NCBI GenBank assembly: GCA_024400755.1 | Contig: JAKSMG010000003.1 | Span: 48,596-112,595 of the forward strand | Length of the DNA stretch: 64,000 bases | Origin: Bacteroidales bacterium | GTDB lineage: Bacteria; Bacteroidota; Bacteroidia; Bacteroidales; WCHB1-69 | Direction of reading: 5' to 3' | Part shown: positions 60,857 to 64,000 of the stretch, one piece after another | Numbering within the stretch: the first letter of the stretch is position 1 | How the letters are laid out: the number at the start of each line of letters is the position of its first letter | The notes under the pieces: model-generated | Told to the model about the DNA's origin: nothing | The model's database searches: none | What the model saw: only the letters and a program-made list of their open reading frames with translations | Made by a program: the position numbers and the translations under genes

Positions 60857-62878
60857 ATATTTTAACACGAATTTTATACGGAAACTTCTGCCCTGCATAG
60901 GATAATTCTTGATGATTTCATATTGTTCGTCCGCCAAATTCAACATTTCAGCCTTCAAACCCAATATTACTTTATCCTTGATATTAAAGTCATGCGCGAT
61001 GAAAACACTTTGGTCGGCGTAGGGTTTTAATCTGTTTTCATCAATGTTTTGTCCTAAAGCATATCTTTCTCCCGAAATGAGGATGGAATAGCCCAACGTA
61101 AGCCATCTCGTTTCAACGGCAAGCACTGCCGAACCCGAATGCAACGGCGTATAGGGAATCTGATTTTTATAGGTTTTCCCTTCCGGATTCGTCATATCCC
61201 ACGCCCTTTGGAAAGAATAGCTTCCCATTACACCGACCTTGACTTCCTTAATAATTCGATATGTAAAATTAAAACTCAAATCTGTACCCAAAATATCAAC
61301 TTTTCCATAATTCAACATCGACCAGACAAAGATATTTTTGTTGGGAATGGCAATGATTTTATCTTTGACCATATTGTAATACAAATCTGCGGAAGCGGAA
61401 AGTGAAATTCTGCCTAACCAGGTGTCGTCATAGCTGATACCAAAGTCAAACTGATTGGTCTTTTCCGGCTCAAGATTAACATTTCCAACTTCTCTATAAT
61501 ACAAATCATTAAAAGACGGCATTCTGAAAATATTTTTATAGAACATTCTCATTATCAAATGATTATCTCCTAATGGTTTGATGGTAATTCCTGCCGAAGG
61601 CGACCAATGACTTTGATTTTTGGCGGCTTCCCCAACCTCAACTTTGTTCAATACGTAAGTGTGCAGTAAATTTGCACTAACATTGATGTATTTGGATGTA
61701 AACGTCATGGCCAAGACCGTCAGACAATTGAAGCGTTTGGGTTTGGCAAAACTATTTAAATTGGCATCCATATTATTGTAAAACAAATCATTAGACAGGA
61801 CAATGTTCCATTGTTTAAAAGGCTGATATTGAACACTGTTGGAGAGATAATATTCTCGCTGAATATATCGATTGTCTAATTTCCCTTCTATGTTATGATA
61901 CGTTGGATCAAGATATTGCGTTTGATCGTAATTGAATTTGGCATTGACTTGATAGGCCACTTTCGGTGTGAAGAAATTCTCGTAATGCACCTGGGCAAAC
62001 GCATTTTGATTGTTCAATCGCTGGGCAGAATTGGTATTGTAATAAATTACGGCGCCGGGAAGTCCCCGTTTTGACCAATAATAATAGACTTTTGCCGTCA
62101 ATTTTGAATGTTTGTTGAAGTGTGCGTAAAAATTGACTTCCCCATTAAGACTCTTCACATCAGAATTGATGCGTTTTTCACGAGAAATACTGTCATTATT
62201 TCGATTCCCATAATGTAAATCAAAAGGATAATTTCCATCAGATTGAAGATAATTAAGTTTTAGCGACCAGGAATAATAGGAATCATCCTCGTTTTTTTGT
62301 TTTTTTATTCTGTTTTCAAATAATAAATACGGATTTAAAAGTCCAAAAGAGCCACCTGTAAAAGAAAAATCAAGATTGATGGGCTTCTCCGGCTTAAAAA
62401 TGGGCTCTAACGTGACAATATTAATCACACTTGCAGAAGAAAACAACCTCGCCGGTACAAAAATATCCTCTTCCCTTCCCGATTGCAAAGATATTGTCTT
62501 GACATTCTCCGTAGTGATTCGACTCAAATCTATTTGTCCGGTTTGGCAATCCGTCAAAGAAATACCATCATACGATACCCCTGTATGCTGCGTGCCGAGT
62601 CCGCGAACCGAAACGGTTTTCATACCGCCAATGCCGCCATAATCCTTGATAACAATGCCAGACAAAAATTTCAAGGCATCGGAAAGTTGAAGCGTGGGCA
62701 AGGTTTTAAGGTCCTGACTTCTAATGACCTGAATCGGAGCGGACGATTCCAAAGGTCGTTCCTTGCCCACAATTTCAACCTCCTGCAAATTTTGACGACG
62801 CGTGCTGTCTTTCTGTGCCACAAGCATAGAAAGCGAAAAAATGGACAAACACAAAAAGCACAGCAGCCGCTTCAACAT
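60854..62878 (-). CDS. TonB-dependent receptor (about 670 aa, BtuB/HmuR size class)
   Basis: Has a signal peptide, a plug domain (LQLSDALKFLSGIVIKDYGGIGGMKTVSVRGLG), a beta-barrel and a terminal aromatic residue (LKY). Confidence 0.85.
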   Translation of the reverse strand: MLKRLLCFLCLSIFSLSMLVAQKDSTRRQNLQEVEIVGKERPLESSAPIQVIRSQDLKTLPTLQLSDALKFLSGIVIKDYGGIGGMKTVSVRGLGTQHTGVSYDGISLTDCQTGQIDLSRITTENVKTISLQSGREEDIFVPARLFSSASVINIVTLEPIFKPEKPINLDFSFTGGSFGLLNPYLLFENRIKKQKNEDDSYYSWSLKLNYLQSDGNYPFDLHYGNRNNDSISREKRINSDVKSLNGEVNFYAHFNKHSKLTAKVYYYWSKRGLPGAVIYYNTNSAQRLNNQNAFAQVHYENFFTPKVAYQVNAKFNYDQTQYLDPTYHNIEGKLDNRYIQREYYLSNSVQYQPFKQWNIVLSNDLFYNNMDANLNSFAKPKRFNCLTVLAMTFTSKYINVSANLLHTYVLNKVEVGEAAKNQSHWSPSAGITIKPLGDNHLIMRMFYKNIFRMPSFNDLYYREVGNVNLEPEKTNQFDFGISYDDTWLGRISLSASADLYYNMVKDKIIAIPNKNIFVWSMLNYGKVDILGTDLSFNFTYRIIKEVKVGVMGSYSFQRAWDMTNPEGKTYKNQIPYTPLHSGSAVLAVETRWLTLGYSILISGERYALGQNIDENRLKPYADQSVFIAHDFNIKDKVILGLKAEMLNLADEQYEIIKNYPMQGRSFRIKFVLKY

Positions 62879-62879
62879 T

Positions 62880-64000
62880 TTATTGTTTTATGATTTTTAT
62901 ATTTTGATGATTAACTTGAAGAATGTATAATCCGTTTGTAAATTCTTGAATATCAAATTGATAATTATCATTATTGATTATTTCGCGCCGTAATTCCTGC
63001 CCAAAAGCGTTGTAAAGTACAGCGGTTTTTCCATTTTGTCCTGAAACCATGAATTGATTTTGGCAAGGATTGGGATAAACCCGCAAATTATTCAAATTAA
63101 AATCAGTTATTGCATCGGGAGTCCCATGAATTGCGGAAGTATCGCCATGTAGGACGGCCACACCGGATAAATCAAAACCGCCTGATGCAAAAGGGGTTGG
63201 GTATGGATCATTGATTAAGCGGCCGTTCTTGTCGCGACTGCCGTATTGCGGGTCGATACTGCCCACCACGTCAATCAGTTTCACATGCGTAATGTTGTTG
63301 ATGTCGAGTTCAACGCTGTCTTGCAATTCCTCTAAATCGAAAGGAGTTCCGTAGCCAACACGATACTTTCCAGCCAAATTATTGATAAGACGGGCATCTA
63401 CACTGCCGGCATTATTAATTTGCGTATCAATTTGCGTATTTGAAGTAGCGGGAAAACGATAATAATGAATGCCGTCGGAGCTGACTTCCACAAAAGCCAA
63501 TTCCAAAAACACATCATTGAGGGAATTTTCAAAAACGGCAAAGTCATAGCCTTCCCCATTGATAATAGGCGTTTCAAAGGTGAGGATGGCAACACCACCA
63601 TCACCCAAACTGACAGCGTCCGCCGTAGAAGTGGAAGCCGGTCCGACACCTGCGCTTTCAGAACCGTATGAAGTCAATAACCCTCCTGTCGCAATATCTT
63701 GATAACCACGACTAATTACACAAGACGTTGCCCACGCTAAAATTCTTGAATCTTGATAATATATTGCCTGACAGCCTTCCGAACCCACCGGGCCATCAAA
63801 AGTATTGGTATCGGTTGGAACATCGGGAGGATCAATAGGTCCAACAGGAGGGGTATTCGGATCGCTGACGGCAATAATGTTGGCCGGAGTTGTGCAATTG
63901 CCCCATTCCTGCATTTCGAAAAAGTCCCCGTCATGCAGATAGTCGTCCAAGCCCATCGCCCAATTGCCATTATACGTATATGTCAAACTGCCAGCCGAAA
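62880..64000 (-). CDS. Secreted protein with T9SS type-A C-terminal sorting domain (5' end beyond the window)
   Basis: The reading frame remains open to position 64000, and the track start at 63986 is an internal TTG. The C-terminal ~80 aa (LRVYPNPCQNQFMVSG...GLYILQVNHQNIKIIKQ) fits the Por secretion tail. The stop lies 1 nt before the receptor start. Confidence 0.6.
   Translation of the reverse strand, partial: SAGSLTYTYNGNWAMGLDDYLHDGDFFEMQEWGNCTTPANIIAVSDPNTPPVGPIDPPDVPTDTNTFDGPVGSEGCQAIYYQDSRILAWATSCVISRGYQDIATGGLLTSYGSESAGVGPASTSTADAVSLGDGGVAILTFETPIINGEGYDFAVFENSLNDVFLELAFVEVSSDGIHYYRFPATSNTQIDTQINNAGSVDARLINNLAGKYRVGYGTPFDLEELQDSVELDINNITHVKLIDVVGSIDPQYGSRDKNGRLINDPYPTPFASGGFDLSGVAVLHGDTSAIHGTPDAITDFNLNNLRVYPNPCQNQFMVSGQNGKTAVLYNAFGQELRREIINNDNYQFDIQEFTNGLYILQVNHQNIKIIKQ

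Overview
The window looks like a chromosomal segment from a Bacteroidota genome, probably class Bacteroidia. Three observations support this. Nearly every intergenic region carries the Bacteroides-type -7 promoter box TAnnTTTG. Shine-Dalgarno sequences are almost absent. Several secreted proteins end in type-IX secretion (T9SS) C-terminal sorting domains. About 85% of the window is ordinary housekeeping sequence: ftsQAZ, pyrBI, asd, a two-component system, ahcY, hppA, waaA, nupG, lysS, tRNA-Leu(CAA), glnA, dnaG, lpxB, uvrB, tdk, sufE, ssb, several peptidases and two TonB-dependent receptors. I see no CRISPR array, no transposase or integrase gene, no rRNA and no recognisable multi-gene defence or biosynthetic system. 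The unusual content falls into four groups. (1) A 2092-aa secreted protein (48129-54407) contains six FISUMP (Fibrobacter succinogenes major paralogous) domains interleaved with Ig-like modules. Two of its FISUMP modules are almost nucleotide-identical, exactly 2046 bp apart. The same window also holds a single-domain FISUMP lipoprotein (25044-25802) and a decayed, frameshifted FISUMP relic (42349-42518). (2) A roughly 165-220 bp structured interspersed repeat occurs three times in one orientation (31017, 42057, 47840). The best copy has perfect 13-bp terminal inverted repeats and a 6-bp flanking duplication, so it resembles a MITE or small structured RNA element. (3) A small AT-rich accessory islet (18.4-23.0 kb) lies between nupG and lysS. 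It holds a compositionally mosaic T9SS beta-propeller gene, a G-quadruplex-type tandem repeat, REP-like hairpins, a perfect 27-nt palindrome and a polytopic membrane protein. (4) There are minor oddities: ftsQAZ is detached from the mur genes, pyrB has a TTG start with a canonical AGGAGG, and glnA is packed tightly with a TonB-dependent receptor. All functional calls come from motif recognition by eye, and no homology search was run. The FISUMP locus and the repeat family are the best leads, but I cannot show that either is a new system.
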